A stretch of 64,000 nucleotides of DNA from an uncultured bacterium. Lineage in GTDB: Bacteria > Bacillota > Clostridia > Lachnospirales > Lachnospiraceae. Within the stretch, counting starts at the first letter, position 1, and every line of letters starts with the position of its first letter. Below, piece by piece: positions 48,353-58,492 of the stretch. The stretch covers positions 263-64,262 of the forward strand of contig CANRWP010000013.1 of NCBI GenBank assembly GCA_947643595.1, read 5' to 3'. Below the pieces are notes generated by a model. The model saw nothing but the letters and a program-made list of their open reading frames with translations, searched no databases and had not been told where the DNA came from. The position numbers and the translations under genes were made by a program.

Positions 48353-48426
48353 TGAAGGTCTCCGCTTCTTATCTTCCTTTCATTTTATGAAGCGAAAGCC
48401 TGGCCTATGTTACGGGGCGTGCAAAC

Positions 48427-50130
48427 TTACTCTCCTGCACAATAGCCTGCGATCAGATCCCACACATCCGGCGTTTCCAGGCCTAACTTCCATTCCGCCA
48501 CACCCGCCAGATCATAGGTCTTCATCACACTCAGTTTCACCTGAACGGAATCATAATCCTCCAGCCATACCTGATACAGCGTATCGCCCTTCTGGATCTC
48601 CCCGTAGTGCTGGCACTCTTTCTCCAGCCACTGGGTCTGTATTCCGTTGTCTGCCACAAAGTCCGCGGCCGCCTTCATTCCCACAGACTCTCCCGTAACC
48701 TCTGTTCCCGTTGTCTTCCATATTCTCGTATAGAAGGGAATGCCGTTGATCAGTTTCTCCGCCGGCACATAATTCAGCGTCTCGGCAATGCCGTCTTCCA
48801 CATAGTCGATACTGGAGACGGAGCCCGCCGTGCCGCCGGTTCCCCAGTGCTCGTCATATCCCATGACGATCACATAATCCGCATAGACGCCCTGCTCCCT
48901 GCGGTTATACCAGATGGCGCCTCCGGATATCGGATAGTTGTCCACCGAGAGAACAATACCGTTCTTCCGGCATTCAATGGAAAGTTCCCTGATAAATTCC
49001 ACAAAATGCTTCCCGGTCTTTTCGTCTATTTTCTCAAAATCTATGTTCAGGCCATCGATACCACAGTCCAACACTTCCCGCATTAAGTTCTGTATCAGAT
49101 TCGCCCTCGCCTGGGAGGAAGAGAAAATGGCATACCTGTCCACCTCCTCGGTAAAATCGTCAGCAAGCGCCCAGACTTCCAGCCCCATCTCGTGCGCCCT
49201 GTCCACATAATCCCGGGAGGCAAAGCTGACAATGTTTCCCTCGTTTCCTGTCAGATAAAACCATGTGGGGGATATCGTGTTTAGTCCCTTTGCATTCGCC
49301 GTAAACTCCGCCAGTGTGGAATTCCCAGCGCTCCCGGACACTTGATGCCATCCCATATTGATCTTATAATCTTTTGATATACTCGTGAATTCCAACTCCC
49401 CGTACATGGAAGAATTGTTCAGAAAACTTGGCGTCTCCGTCTGCACCTCCCCAAGTTTTTTATTCTCCACATAACCGATAAAGCCGTCCGTCGTCTTCAC
49501 CTTCGACCAGGTCTCCATCTGCTCCAGCAGGATGAGTTTTTCTCCCGCTTCCACCTCTTTCAGTATTTCGCTCTTCACACCGCCCTGATATCTGATCTGT
49601 GTATCCTTTTCCGTCTCCACAAACTGCCTCTCCCCATAAGCAGTGTAGATCTGGATCCGGTTCGGCTCCCGAAACGTCTCGTAATCGAATATCGTAAACA
49701 GCCGGATAAAGTCTATCGCGATATACAGTGTATCTCCCTCATAGAACGCGATCTGGTAATCGCAGAGGTTCTCGCTCTCCCCATCCATATAGCTGCTCTC
49801 CCCTATATTATAGGAAAGGATCCTGTCCGGCAGCACATAGCGAATCGTATTTTCCTCTTCGTTTACATACAGTCTCGTGTAAATAAAGTAATCGCTGACC
49901 GTGTCGTATGTAATATAGAATGTCCCGTCCGCGCTAACTCTCGCCCTGTCTTCGATCACTTCATTCTGCATAATAATGGCCGCTTCATCTCCCGCAATGC
50001 CAAAATACTTATTCAAATCAGCTTTCTCCTGGGAATAGGAATATTTTTCCATAATCCCTCTGCCGAAACTTACGCCCACTATGATAATAATAAGGACGAT
50101 TGCTATCAATACCGGAATTATTTTTTTCAT
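48427..50130 (-). CDS. GH18 glycoside hydrolase with SH3-like domain (spore/cell-wall related)
   Basis: DGLNIDFE catalytic motif, MGYDEH, WKLG, N-terminal TM anchor. Confidence 0.88.
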   Translation of the reverse strand: MKKIIPVLIAIVLIIIIVGVSFGRGIMEKYSYSQEKADLNKYFGIAGDEAAIIMQNEVIEDRARVSADGTFYITYDTVSDYFIYTRLYVNEEENTIRYVLPDRILSYNIGESSYMDGESENLCDYQIAFYEGDTLYIAIDFIRLFTIFDYETFREPNRIQIYTAYGERQFVETEKDTQIRYQGGVKSEILKEVEAGEKLILLEQMETWSKVKTTDGFIGYVENKKLGEVQTETPSFLNNSSMYGELEFTSISKDYKINMGWHQVSGSAGNSTLAEFTANAKGLNTISPTWFYLTGNEGNIVSFASRDYVDRAHEMGLEVWALADDFTEEVDRYAIFSSSQARANLIQNLMREVLDCGIDGLNIDFEKIDEKTGKHFVEFIRELSIECRKNGIVLSVDNYPISGGAIWYNRREQGVYADYVIVMGYDEHWGTGGTAGSVSSIDYVEDGIAETLNYVPAEKLINGIPFYTRIWKTTGTEVTGESVGMKAAADFVADNGIQTQWLEKECQHYGEIQKGDTLYQVWLEDYDSVQVKLSVMKTYDLAGVAEWKLGLETPDVWDLIAGYCAGE

Positions 50131-50302
50131 GCCTGTACTCCTTTCAATCGTCCCTATTATACCAAACTATTTTCATATCGTCATTATGATTTTCTGTAAA
50201 TGAACAAATTTTCTCCTCCGACATATAATATCACTATGAGGGGCTTCTCTTCCGCAATATTTTTGTCTTCGTTTTGTTCCATTCAAATGGCTTCTCAGAT
50301 GA

Positions 50303-50518
50303 CTAATTTTCCCTGACTCTATCGTAGCGGACCTGGGTCAGAACGCCGTCTTCGCTGATAACAAAATCCGGCATATAGACGACGTCTTCCATGACAAACC
50401 GCTCTGCGATCACAGTCGGTGACGATGGCTGTCCGTCCAGGTACAGCTCGATCCCCTGACTGAGAATATCTTCCAGTCTGCTTCTCATAGTCATTAATTC
50501 TTTTTTACTGTTAAGCAT
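50303..50518 (-). CDS. Small hypothetical protein
   Basis: AAAGGAGGG RBS before the ATG; 71 aa. Confidence 0.7.
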   Translation of the reverse strand: MLNSKKELMTMRSRLEDILSQGIELYLDGQPSSPTVIAERFVMEDVVYMPDFVISEDGVLTQVRYDRVREN

Positions 50519-50943
50519 AATCCCTCCTTTCGTATTTTTCTGCTATTCCAAAAGGAGTGTTACGTGATATATATATTAGGTGAATAGATTTGGAAATTTT
50601 AATTTTGAAATCGCAGATTATTTTTATTTTTGTTGACGATACTACTGTTATAAATAGTTTCCAGAATACCCGAACGTGTAAAGTGTTTTGAAAATAAAAA
50701 ATAGATTTTAATAGTTTTGGATTATTAATAATTTAGGAAATCATTTGGAAAATTTTAAACTCTGAATCGGCACATAAGCCTATAAGACATCTCAAATACT
50801 AATTTTGAATTTTAATATTTTTCTGAGATGAAGTCATTGTTTAGAAAATTCTAGATTATAATGACAGTTAATATTCCTGTCAAAAAGTTGAACTCATCCT
50901 GCCTCCCTCCGTTTACGGATTGTTCAAGGCACTCCAGAGTTAT

Positions 50944-50972
50944 ATAATACCAGAAAAATTGGCAAATTTCAA
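50944..50972 (-). promoter_or_regulatory. Sigma-A-like promoter, divergent from mecA
   Basis: Minus strand TTGAAA-17-TATTAT with TG extension. Confidence 0.6.
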
Positions 50973-51061
50973 CTATTTTATTAATTTTTTTTAAACTGTT
51001 TTCTCAAACTCTTGACTTGTCCGCCGTCAAAGTATAAAATTCCCTAAAGGATGTGATTATT

Positions 51062-51793
51062 ATGAAAATAGAAAAAGTAAATGACCATCAAATACGTTGT
51101 ACGCTGACCAGAGAAGATCTGCTCAGCCGGGAACTTAAAATAAGCGAACTTGCCTACGGCACCGACAAGGCAAAGGACCTGTTTCGCGATATGATGCAGC
51201 AGGCGGCCTGTGAATTCGGCTTTGAGGCGGAAGATATCCCCCTCATGATAGAGGCGATCCCCCTGAACGCGGAGTGCATCGTCCTGATCGTGACCAAGGT
51301 GGAGGATCCGGAAGAGCTCGATACCCGGTTTGCCCGGTTCGCCCCTTCCGTCAATGAGGAAAGTGAAAACAGTTATCCTGAGATCACGGACGAGGTGATG
51401 GATCTGTTTGAACGGATCCACCGTAATGTCTCCTCCCCGGAAAAGACTGTCGTCCAGGAAAAAAGAACTTCCGATGTGGCGGCTCCCGAAAAAGAGGAAG
51501 AGATATACCGCATTTTTGCTTTTTCTTCCATCGGCGAACTTACCAGCCTGGCGCATATTTTCGGTTCCGAACTGATCTGTGAAAACAGACTCTACAAAAA
51601 TGAACACAAAGGGCAGTATCTCCTCGTCGTAAATCAGCGTGCTCTCTCTGCGGAGGCTTTCGGAAAGGTTTGCAATACCATCTCCGAGTACGGCGTCACC
51701 ACAAAGGCACTGCAGACCGGGGTGGCCTATATGGATGAACATCTCGACTGTATCATCCCGGACAACGCCCTCCAAAAACTGGCAAAGATATAA
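51062..51793 (+). CDS. mecA: ClpC adaptor MecA
   Basis: MKIEKVNDHQIRCTLTREDL N-terminus and ISEYG...YMDEH C-terminus. Confidence 0.9.
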   Translation: MKIEKVNDHQIRCTLTREDLLSRELKISELAYGTDKAKDLFRDMMQQAACEFGFEAEDIPLMIEAIPLNAECIVLIVTKVEDPEELDTRFARFAPSVNEESENSYPEITDEVMDLFERIHRNVSSPEKTVVQEKRTSDVAAPEKEEEIYRIFAFSSIGELTSLAHIFGSELICENRLYKNEHKGQYLLVVNQRALSAEAFGKVCNTISEYGVTTKALQTGVAYMDEHLDCIIPDNALQKLAKI

Positions 51794-51821
51794 AAAAACG
51801 GCTCGTGAGAGCCGCTTTTTT
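51792..51821. terminator. Bidirectional terminator
   Basis: AAAAAAA-CGGCTC-GTGA-GAGCCG-CTTTTTT between convergent genes. Confidence 0.8.
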
Positions 51822-52011
51822 ATGCCTGCGCGATCTTATCCATCAGCTCGTCGATGCTGATGCCGTGTACCATCGCCGCTTCCTCGAGGGATTCCCCCTG
51901 CGCGGAAGGGCATCCGAGACAATGCATGCCCGCATCCATAAGGATCGGCGCCACATCAGGGTTTGTCCGCAAAATCTCCCCTATTGTCATTTCCTTGGTG
52001 ATACCGCTCAT
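51820..52011 (-). CDS. DUF1858-domain protein
   Basis: [23 protein letters not shown]. Confidence 0.9.
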   Translation of the reverse strand: MSGITKEMTIGEILRTNPDVAPILMDAGMHCLGCPSAQGESLEEAAMVHGISIDELMDKIAQA

Positions 52012-52166
52012 ATTTCAATCCTCCTGTTCCATTTTCATAAAAACATATACAGTATAATACTTTCCTCTTTTGTCTGTAAATACCCATGCTTCTTATTATT
52101 TGTAAAAATTCCATAAAAATACTGTAAAACCGCAAGATATGTATAGAAAAAAGTACATCGCCGTCC

Positions 52167-52196
52167 TTGACTTAATCCTGTTTCTTACACTATAAT
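52167..52196 (+). promoter_or_regulatory. Sigma-A promoter of the pfl locus
   Basis: TTGACT-18-TATAAT. Confidence 0.65.
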
Positions 52197-52263
52197 AGCC
52201 ATATAGAATCATTGATATCTATTAATTTTCAATTCAAATTTTATGAAATAGGAGGCACACAAA

Positions 52264-54300
52264 ATGAGACCAGAATGGACAGGTTTTGTAGGCAACAAAT
52301 GGGATCGCGAAGTTAACGTCCGCGATTTTATCCAGAAGAACTACACCCCTTACGAGGGCGACGATTCTTTCCTGGCGGAGCCTACACAGAACACAAAAGA
52401 CTTATGGGAGATGGTACTGGATCTTTCCAGAAAAGAGCGTGAGGCAGGCGGCGTTCTGGATATGGACACCAAAGTTGTTTCCACCATCACTTCCCACGGC
52501 CCCGGTTATCTTGACAAGAGCAAGGAGACTATCGTAGGTTTCCAGACAGACGCTCCTTTCAAGAGATCCCTGCAGCCTTACGGTGGTATTCGTATGGCAG
52601 AAAAAGCTTGTGCAGATAACGGCTATGAAGTAGATCCCGAGATTTCCGAGTTCTTCTCGACCCACAGAAAAACACATAATGCAGGCTGTTTCGATGCTTA
52701 CAATGCTGAAATGAGAGCCTGCCGTTCTTCCCATATCATCACAGGGCTTCCCGATGCTTATGGCAGAGGCCGTATCATCGGCGACTACAGACGTATTGCG
52801 CTGTACGGTATCGACAGACTGATCGAAGACAAACAGGATCAGAAAAACTCCACAGGGCGTGTTATGACCGACGAAGTGATCCGTCTTCGTGAAGAGATCT
52901 CTGAGCAGATCGTTGCTCTGAAGATGATGAAGGAAATGGCTGCTTCCTATGGCTGTGATATTTCCAAACCTTCCACCAACGTTCAGGAAGCTATCCAGGC
53001 TACTTACTTTGGTTATCTGTGCGCCGTTAAGGAACAGAACGGTGCTGCCATGTCTCTTGGCCGTACTTCCACCTTCCTTGACTGCTACGCTGAGAGAGAC
53101 TTAAAGAACGGCGTATTTACGGAAGAGCAGATCCAGGAGTTCGTTGACCATTTTATCATGAAGCTGCGCTGCATCAAGTTTGCGCGTACTCCTGAGTACA
53201 ACCAGATCTTTGCAGGCGATCCGGTATGGGTAACCGAGTCCCTCGGCGGTATGGGCGTTGACGGCCGTTCTCTTGTAACAAAGATGAGCTTCCGTTTCCT
53301 GCACACATTGACAAACCTGGGCGCTTCTCCGGAACCCAACCTGACAGTTCTCTGGTCCACAAGACTTCCCGAGAACTGGAAGAGATACTGTGCGAAGATG
53401 TCTATCCAGACTTCTTCCATCCAGTATGAGAACGACGATCTGATGAGAGTGACTCACGGCGATGACTACGGTATCGCATGCTGCGTATCCTCCATGGTTA
53501 TCGGTAAGGAAATGCAGTTCTTCGGCGCTCGTGCCAACGTAGCGAAATGTCTGCTGTACGCGTTGAACGGCGGCGTTGACGAAGTTACCAAGAAACAGGT
53601 TGGTCCTAAATATCGTCCTGTGAGCGGCGATGTTCTGGATTACGATGATGTTATGGACAAATTCATGGATATGCTGGAGTGGCAGGCAGACGTCTATGTA
53701 AACACGCTGAACATCATCCACTATATGCACGACAAATACTGCTATGAGAGAGCAGAGATGGCTCTCCATGACAGAGATGTAAAACGTTACTTTGCAACCG
53801 GTGTTGCAGGTCTGTCCATCGTTGCTGACTCCCTTTCCGCTATCAAGTATGCGAAAGTTGAAGTGGTCCGTGACGATGACGGCGTGATCGTGGACTTCAA
53901 GACAACCGGCGATTTCCCGAAATACGGCAACGACGATGACCGTGTTGACGATATCGCTCAGGAAGTAGTTCACAAATTCATGACAGCGATCAGAAGACAC
54001 CACACCTACAGAGAGGGCGTTCCTACAACCTCCATCCTTACCATTACTTCCAACGTAACTTACGGTAAGGCTACAGGCAACACACCTGACGGACGTAAGA
54101 AAGGCCAGCCTTTTGCTCCTGGCGCTAACCCGATGCACGGCCGCGATACCCACGGTGCAGTTGCTTCCCTTTCTTCCGTATCCAAGCTTCCGTTCAAAGA
54201 TGCTCAGGATGGTATTTCCAATACTTTCACGATCATCCCCGGCGCTCTCGGCAAGGAAGACAAAGTATTCTCAGGCGACATTGAGCTTGAACTGAAATAA
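52264..54300 (+). CDS. pflB: Pyruvate formate-lyase catalytic barrel lacking the C-terminal glycyl-radical domain
   Basis: [18 protein letters not shown], active site IACCVS, GNTPDGR. Ends at 678 aa without RVSGY. Confidence 0.93.
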   Translation: MRPEWTGFVGNKWDREVNVRDFIQKNYTPYEGDDSFLAEPTQNTKDLWEMVLDLSRKEREAGGVLDMDTKVVSTITSHGPGYLDKSKETIVGFQTDAPFKRSLQPYGGIRMAEKACADNGYEVDPEISEFFSTHRKTHNAGCFDAYNAEMRACRSSHIITGLPDAYGRGRIIGDYRRIALYGIDRLIEDKQDQKNSTGRVMTDEVIRLREEISEQIVALKMMKEMAASYGCDISKPSTNVQEAIQATYFGYLCAVKEQNGAAMSLGRTSTFLDCYAERDLKNGVFTEEQIQEFVDHFIMKLRCIKFARTPEYNQIFAGDPVWVTESLGGMGVDGRSLVTKMSFRFLHTLTNLGASPEPNLTVLWSTRLPENWKRYCAKMSIQTSSIQYENDDLMRVTHGDDYGIACCVSSMVIGKEMQFFGARANVAKCLLYALNGGVDEVTKKQVGPKYRPVSGDVLDYDDVMDKFMDMLEWQADVYVNTLNIIHYMHDKYCYERAEMALHDRDVKRYFATGVAGLSIVADSLSAIKYAKVEVVRDDDGVIVDFKTTGDFPKYGNDDDRVDDIAQEVVHKFMTAIRRHHTYREGVPTTSILTITSNVTYGKATGNTPDGRKKGQPFAPGANPMHGRDTHGAVASLSSVSKLPFKDAQDGISNTFTIIPGALGKEDKVFSGDIELELK

Positions 54301-54378
54301 AAGTAAAGTTATAAAAACAAAACAGCAGCGCTCTGCCGGTACGGCCGGCGGAGCGGCTGCGGAACTGGAGTAAAATTT

Positions 54379-54594
54379 ATGGATGATAAAGCTTTGATTG
54401 ACGATCTTGTTAAAATGCTGGATTCCGGCATGGCAGGCGGCGTAGGACATGTCAATATCGACTACGACGAGAAAGTGGAGCAGGATAAGTCCGTTCAGAC
54501 TATGGGATGTACCGACTGCTCCAGAACCCCGCTTGCCTGCAGTGTTCCGACTCTGGAGCAGGGTTTGGATGATTACTCAGGTTCCGGTATATAA
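54379..54594 (+). CDS. Small protein with GrcA-like N-terminus and CxxC-x6-C C-terminus
   Basis: [30 protein letters not shown] resembles [23 protein letters not shown] of the next gene. Confidence 0.75.
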   Translation: MDDKALIDDLVKMLDSGMAGGVGHVNIDYDEKVEQDKSVQTMGCTDCSRTPLACSVPTLEQGLDDYSGSGI

Positions 54595-54629
54595 TTTATA
54601 AAATCGTAAATACTATGGAGGTAAAAACA

Positions 54630-54875
54630 ATGGCAGCATCAAATGCAGCACAGGTTGATAACCTGGTATCCTTACTTGACGGCTACGCAACAAAGGGCGG
54701 TCATCACTTAAATGTAAACGTATTAAACAGAGATATGTTACTGGACGCTCAGAAGCATCCTGAGAATTATCCTCAGCTTACGATCCGTGTTTCCGGGTAC
54801 GCTGTTAATTTCATCAAGCTGACACCCGAACAGCAGGCTGATGTTATTTCCCGTACATTCCATGAGGCTATCTAA
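54630..54875 (+). CDS. grcA: Autonomous glycyl radical domain (GrcA-like)
   Basis: [19 protein letters not shown] glycyl-radical loop; GGAGG RBS. Confidence 0.93.
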   Translation: MAASNAAQVDNLVSLLDGYATKGGHHLNVNVLNRDMLLDAQKHPENYPQLTIRVSGYAVNFIKLTPEQQADVISRTFHEAI

Positions 54876-54912
54876 TCAGGAATTTTTATCGGGAAGCAGT
54901 ATACGATAGACT

Positions 54913-54943
54913 ATCCCCTGAGGCCACGCTTCAGGGGATTTTT
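54913..54943 (+). terminator. Terminator between grcA and pflA
   Basis: ATCCCCTGA...TCAGGGGAT followed by a T run. Confidence 0.75.
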
Positions 54944-54963
54944 GTAAAGGAGTTTTTTTCTCT

Positions 54964-55722
54964 ATGAAAGGACGTATTCACTCACTTGAAAGTTTTGGCA
55001 CCGTAGATGGTCCCGGCACCAGATTTGTCGTCTTTGTGCAGGGCTGCCCCATGCGGTGCGCTTATTGCCACAACCCTGACACCTGGCCCATGGACGGCGG
55101 CACGATGATAGAACCTGCAGAGATCATCGAGCAGTATGAAAAAAACCGCCCTTTCTACAAGGACGGCGGACTGACCGTCACAGGCGGCGAGCCCCTGATG
55201 CAGGTCGATTTCCTGATCGATCTGTTCACTCTGGCAAAAGAACGGGGTATCCACACCTGTATCGACAGCTCCGGTATCGCCTACAAGGAAAACAATGCCG
55301 CTTTTATCCAAAAGCTGGATAAGCTTATGCCTCTGACAGATCTTGTCATGCTGGACATCAAACACATTGATCCTGAAAAGCACAAAGAACTGACCAGCCA
55401 GCCCAACGACGGCATCCTTGCCTTTGCGAAATATCTGGAGAAGAAGCAGGTTCCCGTGTGGATCCGCCACGTGATCGTGCCGGGCCTCACGGACGATGAA
55501 AAATATTTGTATCAGCTCGGATATTTCATAGGGCATCTCTCCAATCTGAAAGCGCTGGATGCTCTCCCCTATCACACGATGGGCGAAAAGAAATATGAGA
55601 GCCTCGGCATGGAGTATAAACTGCACGGTGTCCCGGCTATGGATCAAAAAACGCTGCTTGTAAAAAAACAGGCTATTTTGGACGGCGTAAAAGCTGCAAG
55701 AAAGGAACTGGAAAATTCCTGA
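54964..55722 (+). CDS. pflA: PFL-activating enzyme (radical SAM)
   Basis: GTVDGPG, CPMRCAYCHNPDTW, TGGEP. Confidence 0.96.
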   Translation: MKGRIHSLESFGTVDGPGTRFVVFVQGCPMRCAYCHNPDTWPMDGGTMIEPAEIIEQYEKNRPFYKDGGLTVTGGEPLMQVDFLIDLFTLAKERGIHTCIDSSGIAYKENNAAFIQKLDKLMPLTDLVMLDIKHIDPEKHKELTSQPNDGILAFAKYLEKKQVPVWIRHVIVPGLTDDEKYLYQLGYFIGHLSNLKALDALPYHTMGEKKYESLGMEYKLHGVPAMDQKTLLVKKQAILDGVKAARKELENS

Positions 55723-55838
55723 ATTTTGACTTTTAGTCTTGTATATCTCATAAGATTATATTAAAATAGAAAAAAGGCTGAGGATACGATCTGGCGTCGT
55801 ATCCTTATGCGAACTTTATACATAAGGAGGATTTACTC

Positions 55839-56009
55839 ATGGCATTCGTAATTGGTGATGGTTGTGTTGGATGCGGTGCATGTGCAGGCACATGTCCTGT
55901 TGGCGCTATCTCTGAGGATGGCGGAGTTTTCGTTATCGATGAGAACACTTGCATTTCCTGCGGCGCATGCGCAGGCGGCTGCCCTGTCGGCACTATCTCC
56001 GAGGCTTAA
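55839..56009 (+). CDS. 2[4Fe-4S] ferredoxin, 56 aa (missed by the ORF track)
   Basis: MAFVIGDGCVGCGACAGTCPVGAISEDGGVFVIDENTCISCGACAGGCPVGTISEA; AAGGAGG RBS. Confidence 0.96.
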   Translation: MAFVIGDGCVGCGACAGTCPVGAISEDGGVFVIDENTCISCGACAGGCPVGTISEA

Positions 56010-56030
56010 AACACTGTCGGACTACTTTGA

Positions 56031-56062
56031 GCAGGTGCCGTGTTACACGGCACCTGTTTTTC
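56031..56062 (+). terminator. Terminator after the ferredoxin gene
   Basis: CAGGTGCCGTGT-ACACGGCACCTG followed by a T run. Confidence 0.8.
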
Positions 56063-56618
56063 TTTCCTTTCCGAAAATTTTCTTCTTTTTGCCGCTTTTT
56101 CCACGCAGCAGTGCATCCAGCTGCCTGTAATGTTCTTCCTCCAGCGCCAGCTGTCTGCTCTCTCGCTGTTCCTCTCTCTCCTCCTGCATCCGAAACTGAT
56201 AGTCCAGCTCCTTTGTAAGTCTCTCGGTGAGCTCCTCGTAGAAGCGCTCGTTGCTCTCCTGCACCGCCTCCGAGATAAGTTTCTTCATCAGATATTCCAA
56301 CCGCTTTGCCTTCTCCGCCGTCTCTTTCTCCGGCAGAGATTCTCCCTGTGCCGCCGGAACCATCTTTTCCACATCCGGAAGTCTTGTCAGCTTTCCATTC
56401 TTCAGAATCATCCGGATCGCCTTCAGCTGCAGCCCCTGCTCTTTCAATTTTTTAATCTCCTGAAATTCTGTGATATCCTCCTCCGTATAATACCTGTGCC
56501 CCAGCTCATTCCTTTTCACCGGAAGTTTCAGCTCGTCCTCCCAGTAGCGCAGCACATGGCTTTCCACTTCCACTTTTTTCGACGCGTCCGAAATGAGATA
56601 AATTTTTTTCTGTTCCAT
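56043..56618 (-). CDS. MerR-type HTH protein with coiled-coil C-terminus
   Basis: ISDASKKVEVESHVLRYWE...RNELGHRYY. Confidence 0.85.
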   Translation of the reverse strand: MEQKKIYLISDASKKVEVESHVLRYWEDELKLPVKRNELGHRYYTEEDITEFQEIKKLKEQGLQLKAIRMILKNGKLTRLPDVEKMVPAAQGESLPEKETAEKAKRLEYLMKKLISEAVQESNERFYEELTERLTKELDYQFRMQEEREEQRESRQLALEEEHYRQLDALLRGKSGKKKKIFGKERKTGAV

Positions 56619-56710
56619 GAAAATTCCTCCTGCCTTTTCTTTTTCCGCTAAAAAAAGAGAACCCACATGTCATGTCGATTCTCTTTTGTATAGTCTTTAT
56701 GGTTATTATT

Positions 56711-58045
56711 TTAATGCTGCATATTGACAAACTTTGTGTAATCAGGCAGCCACGCCAGTTCTACCGTCCCAATCGGACCGTTTCTCTGTTTCGCAATGAT
56801 GATCTCCGCAACACCTTTCTTATCGCTGTCCTTGTTGTAGTAATCGTCCCTGTAAATAAACATCACTACGTCGGCGTCCTGCTCGATCGCGCCCGATTCG
56901 CGCAGATCGGAAAGCATCGGTCTGTGGTCCGGCCTCTGCTCCACCGCACGGCTGAGCTGGGAGAGAGCAATGACGGGAACATTCAATTCCCTCGCCAGAG
57001 CTTTCAGCGCTCTGGATATCTCTGAGACTTCCTGCTGTCTGGAATCCGTTCTTCCACTGCCCGACATGAGCTGCAGATAATCTATGATCACCATCTGAAT
57101 ATTATGCTCTAACTTAAATTTCCGGCATTTCGAGCGTAGTTCCGGTACGCTGATGCCCGGCGTATCATCGATGATCAGTTTGGATCTCCCCACGACCCCG
57201 GCCCCGTCGATCAGATCCTCCCACTCTCTGTCGGACAGGTTTCCGGTCCGTATATGCTGGGAATCCACTCTAGATTCCAGAGAAAACAACCTGTTTACAA
57301 GCTGTTCCCTCGACATTTCCAGGCTGAATACCGCCAGCGGCAAATCGCTCTTAAAGGCCACATACTGCGCAATATTCAGGACAAGCGCCGTTTTCCCCAT
57401 GGAAGGTCTCGCTGCTACCAAAATGAGATCCGCCGGCTGCATCCCCGCCGTCTTGTAGTCCAGATCCAGAAAACCGGTCGCCACGCCGGTAACATTTCCC
57501 TTATTTTTGGACGCCTTCTCGATCCTTTCCATAGCGCTCAAAACAACCTGTCTGATCGGCGTATAGTCGCCGGTATCTCTCCGCTGTACAATATTAAAAA
57601 TGCTCTTCTCCGCGTCCTCTAAAATCGGCCCCAGTTCCTCTTTTCCCACATAGCAGCTGCCTGCGATCTCCTCACAGGCCTTGATCAGCCGGCGCATGGT
57701 GGCCTTCTCCGAGACGATCCTCACATAGTCTGAAATATGGGTCACCGTCTGCACCATAAGCATTAAATCCCGGACAAACTCCAGGCTGCTCACTTCCGGC
57801 GGGACATCCTTCTCCCGCAGTTTATTCTGAAGAGTCACCAGATCGACAGACTTTCCCGCATCATACAGCTCTACGATCGACTGAAACACCACCCCGTACT
57901 GCCTGTTATAAAAATCTTCTTCCTGCAGCATGTCGGCCGCCACCGTGATGGCTTCCCGCGACAGTATCATACAGCCGATAACCGACTGTTCAGCCTCAAT
58001 GCTATGGGGCAATACCCTTTTTAAGAGAGCTTCCTCTGCTGCCAT
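56711..58045 (-). CDS. dnaB: Replicative DNA helicase
   Basis: PHSIEAEQSV, AARPSMGKT, IDYLQL, SDLRESGAIEQDAD. Confidence 0.97.
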   Translation of the reverse strand: MAAEEALLKRVLPHSIEAEQSVIGCMILSREAITVAADMLQEEDFYNRQYGVVFQSIVELYDAGKSVDLVTLQNKLREKDVPPEVSSLEFVRDLMLMVQTVTHISDYVRIVSEKATMRRLIKACEEIAGSCYVGKEELGPILEDAEKSIFNIVQRRDTGDYTPIRQVVLSAMERIEKASKNKGNVTGVATGFLDLDYKTAGMQPADLILVAARPSMGKTALVLNIAQYVAFKSDLPLAVFSLEMSREQLVNRLFSLESRVDSQHIRTGNLSDREWEDLIDGAGVVGRSKLIIDDTPGISVPELRSKCRKFKLEHNIQMVIIDYLQLMSGSGRTDSRQQEVSEISRALKALARELNVPVIALSQLSRAVEQRPDHRPMLSDLRESGAIEQDADVVMFIYRDDYYNKDSDKKGVAEIIIAKQRNGPIGTVELAWLPDYTKFVNMQH

Positions 58046-58492
58046 CTATTCTTCCTCTACTTTTACCCTTAGTGTCGCTGTTATCTGCGGGTGAAGTTTG
58101 ATCCCCACCTCATGCGTTCCGAAACTCTTTATCGCCTCCTGCAGCTGAATCTTCTTCTTATCGATTTCCAGCTGATTCTGTTCTTTCAGCGCCGCTGCGA
58201 TCTCCTTGGAGGAGACAGAGCCGAACACTTTGCCGCCCTCTCCGGCCTTCATTCTCACCACAACGGCCTGCTCCCCGATTTTCTCCGCCAGCGCCTTCGC
58301 CTCGTCGAGCCGCTGCCTGGCCAGTTTCTCCTCGTTGCGTTTATGGAGTTTCAGGTCATTCAAATTTTTACTGTTGGCCTCCACCCCGAGCTTCTGCGGC
58401 AAAATATAATTTCTGGCATAGCCGTCGCTCACCTCGATGGTCTCACCCTTTTTCCCAAGCTTTTTTACATCCTCTTTCAATATAATCTTCAT
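58046..58492 (-). CDS. rplI: 50S ribosomal protein L9
   Basis: LGKKGE..EVSDGYARNY, FGSVS. Confidence 0.97.
   Translation of the reverse strand: MKIILKEDVKKLGKKGETIEVSDGYARNYILPQKLGVEANSKNLNDLKLHKRNEEKLARQRLDEAKALAEKIGEQAVVVRMKAGEGGKVFGSVSSKEIAAALKEQNQLEIDKKKIQLQEAIKSFGTHEVGIKLHPQITATLRVKVEEE

Noticed and set aside
52205-52240. Rex or Fur operator upstream of pflB (ATTGA...TCAAT)
   Set aside because: Only a weak palindrome in AT-rich DNA; it does not match either consensus well enough to call.
52264-54875. pflB pseudogene broken by a frameshift or nonsense mutation
   Set aside because: The parts are about 330 nt apart, with a distinct C-terminal tail, a hairpin, an intervening ORF and separate RBSs. 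Codon usage still looks like a highly expressed gene.
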